Source: Eledone cirrhosa (taxonomy: Eukaryota). From it: 64,000 nucleotides of DNA. The stretch is from the NCBI GenBank assembly GCA_964016885.1, contig OZ024759.1, positions 992,001 to 1,056,000 on the forward strand. Reading direction: 5' to 3'. The notes below the pieces were generated by a model. It was not told where the DNA came from. It searched no databases and was given only the letters and a program-made list of their open reading frames with translations. Positions 62,801 to 64,000 of this stretch are shown one piece after another; the stretch's first letter is position 1; each line of letters starts with the position of its first letter. A program made the position numbers and the translations under genes.

Positions 62801-64000
62801 GACACAGTCTATATTAGTAACATGACACAGTCTATATTAGTAACATGACAGTCTATATTAGTAACATGACAAAGTCTATATTAGTAACATGGCAAAGTCT
62901 ATGTTAGTAACATGACAAAGTCTATATTAGTAACATGACAGTCTATATTAGTAACATGACACATTCTATATTAGTAACATGACAAAGTCTATATTAGTAG
63001 CATGACAAAGTCAAAAATTAGTAACATGACAGTCTATATTAGTAACATGCCAAAGTCTATATTAGTTACATGACAAAGTCTATATTAGTAACATGACAAA
63101 GTCTATATTAGTAACATGACACAGTCTATATTAGTAACATGACACAGTCTATATTAGTAACATGACAAAGTCTATATTAGTAGCATGACCAAGTCTATAT
63201 TAGTAACATGACAAAGTCTATATTAGTAACATGACACAGTCTATATTAGTAACATGACAAAGTCTATATTAGTAACATGACGGTCTATATTAGTAACATG
63301 ACAGTCTATATTAGTAGCATGACAAAGTCTATATTAGTAACATGACACAGTCTATATTAGTAACATGACACAGTCTATATTAGTAACATGACACAGTCTA
63401 TATTAGTAACATGACAAAGTCTATATTAGTAGCATGGCAAAGTCTATATTAGTAACATGACACAGTCTATATCAGTAACATGACACAGTCTATATTAGTA
63501 ACATGACATAGTCTATATTAGTAACATGACAAAGTCTATATTAGTAGCATGACACAGTCTAAATTAGTAACATGACACAGTCTATATTAGTAACATGACA
63601 GTCTATATTAGTAACATGACACAGTCTATATTAGTAACATGACAAAGTCTATATTAGTAGTATGACAAAGTCTATATTAGTAACATGACAGTCTATATTA
63701 GTAACATGACAAAGTCTATATTAGTAGCATGACAAAGTCTATATTAGTAGCATGACACAGTCTATATTAGTAACATGACACAGTCTATATTAGTAACATG
63801 ACACAGTCTATATTAGTAACATGACAAAGTCTATATTAGTAGCATGACAAAGTCTATATTAGTAACATGACAAAGTCTATATTAGTAACATGACACAGTC
63901 TATATTAGTAACATGACAAAGTCTATATTAGTAACATGACAGTCTATATTAGTAACATGACACAGTCTATATTAGTAACATGACAAAGTCTATATTAGTA

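Larger units (their letters stand above)
1..64000. repeat. Tandem satellite/minisatellite array, 23-bp monomer ATTAGTAACATGACA(A/C)AGTCTAT, ~2,800 copies, truncated by both window edges
   Basis: The monomer is read directly at 1-23 and recurs head-to-tail to position 64000 with no intervening unique DNA or inversion seen. Common variants are GACAAAGTC, GACACAGTC, GACAGTC (21 bp) and GTAAC/GTAGC. Copy number is estimated as 64000/~22.6. Confidence 0.99.

Noticed and set aside
1-64000. CRISPR array (repeat length ~23 bp)
   Set aside because: The monomers abut directly, with no unique spacers, leader or cas genes.
1-64000. Repetitive protein-coding ORF (an ATG in every monomer; the 21-bp unit reads I-S-N-M-T-V-Y in frame)
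   Set aside because: The 23-bp period shifts the frame each unit. The + strand has TAG, TAA and TGA per monomer and the - strand has TAG and TAA, so all frames close within a few monomers. Runs of 21-bp units are only 1-3 long.
1-64000. Telomerase-made long telomeric repeat (some Candida yeasts use 23-bp units)
   Set aside because: There is no G-rich strand or resemblance to yeast telomere cores. The array is far longer than such telomeres, and variants are inherited in kb-scale blocks, which indicates recombinational rather than templated synthesis.
1-64000. Plasmid or phage iterons, or a replication origin
   Set aside because: Iteron clusters have a few to tens of copies next to a rep gene. 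Here there are thousands and no gene.
1-64000. Pure sequencing artefact (rolling-circle concatemer of one short template)
   Set aside because: Rare variants recur in conserved order with hierarchical divergence, which random errors on a single template would not produce. Individual exact duplications could still be assembly errors.
1-64000. Embedded transposon, unique island or strand inversion
   Set aside because: I read through the window and saw none. The most deviant spots (~49001, ~63010) are single mutated monomers.

Overview
The whole 64-kb window is one uninterrupted, single-orientation, AT-rich (~26-30% GC) tandem array of a 23-bp monomer, consensus ATTAGTAACATGACA(A/C)AGTCTAT. It holds roughly 2,800 copies, with a common 21-bp form (...GACAGTC...) and rarer 20-, 22- and 24-bp forms. 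The array runs off both ends. I found no gene, RNA gene, transposon, CRISPR spacer or unique sequence, and stop codons close all six frames within a few monomers. It looks like eukaryotic satellite or very large minisatellite DNA; I do not recognise the family or the organism. The real information is in the order of variant monomers. Rare variants reveal nested higher-order structure: an old ~1.1-kb duplication, a ~1.3-1.45-kb module, near-exact tandem duplications of 2,434, 4,009 and ~4,500 bp, a 7.9-kb duplication carrying a ~2-kb deletion, a copy displaced by 20.9 kb, and spatial domains with their own variants. Each monomer also carries a small dyad, GAC-NNN-GTC, whose spacer holds the commonest variation. 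I found no evidence of a novel coding system. Offsets were read by eye from marker positions, and block boundaries are approximate (within a few monomers).
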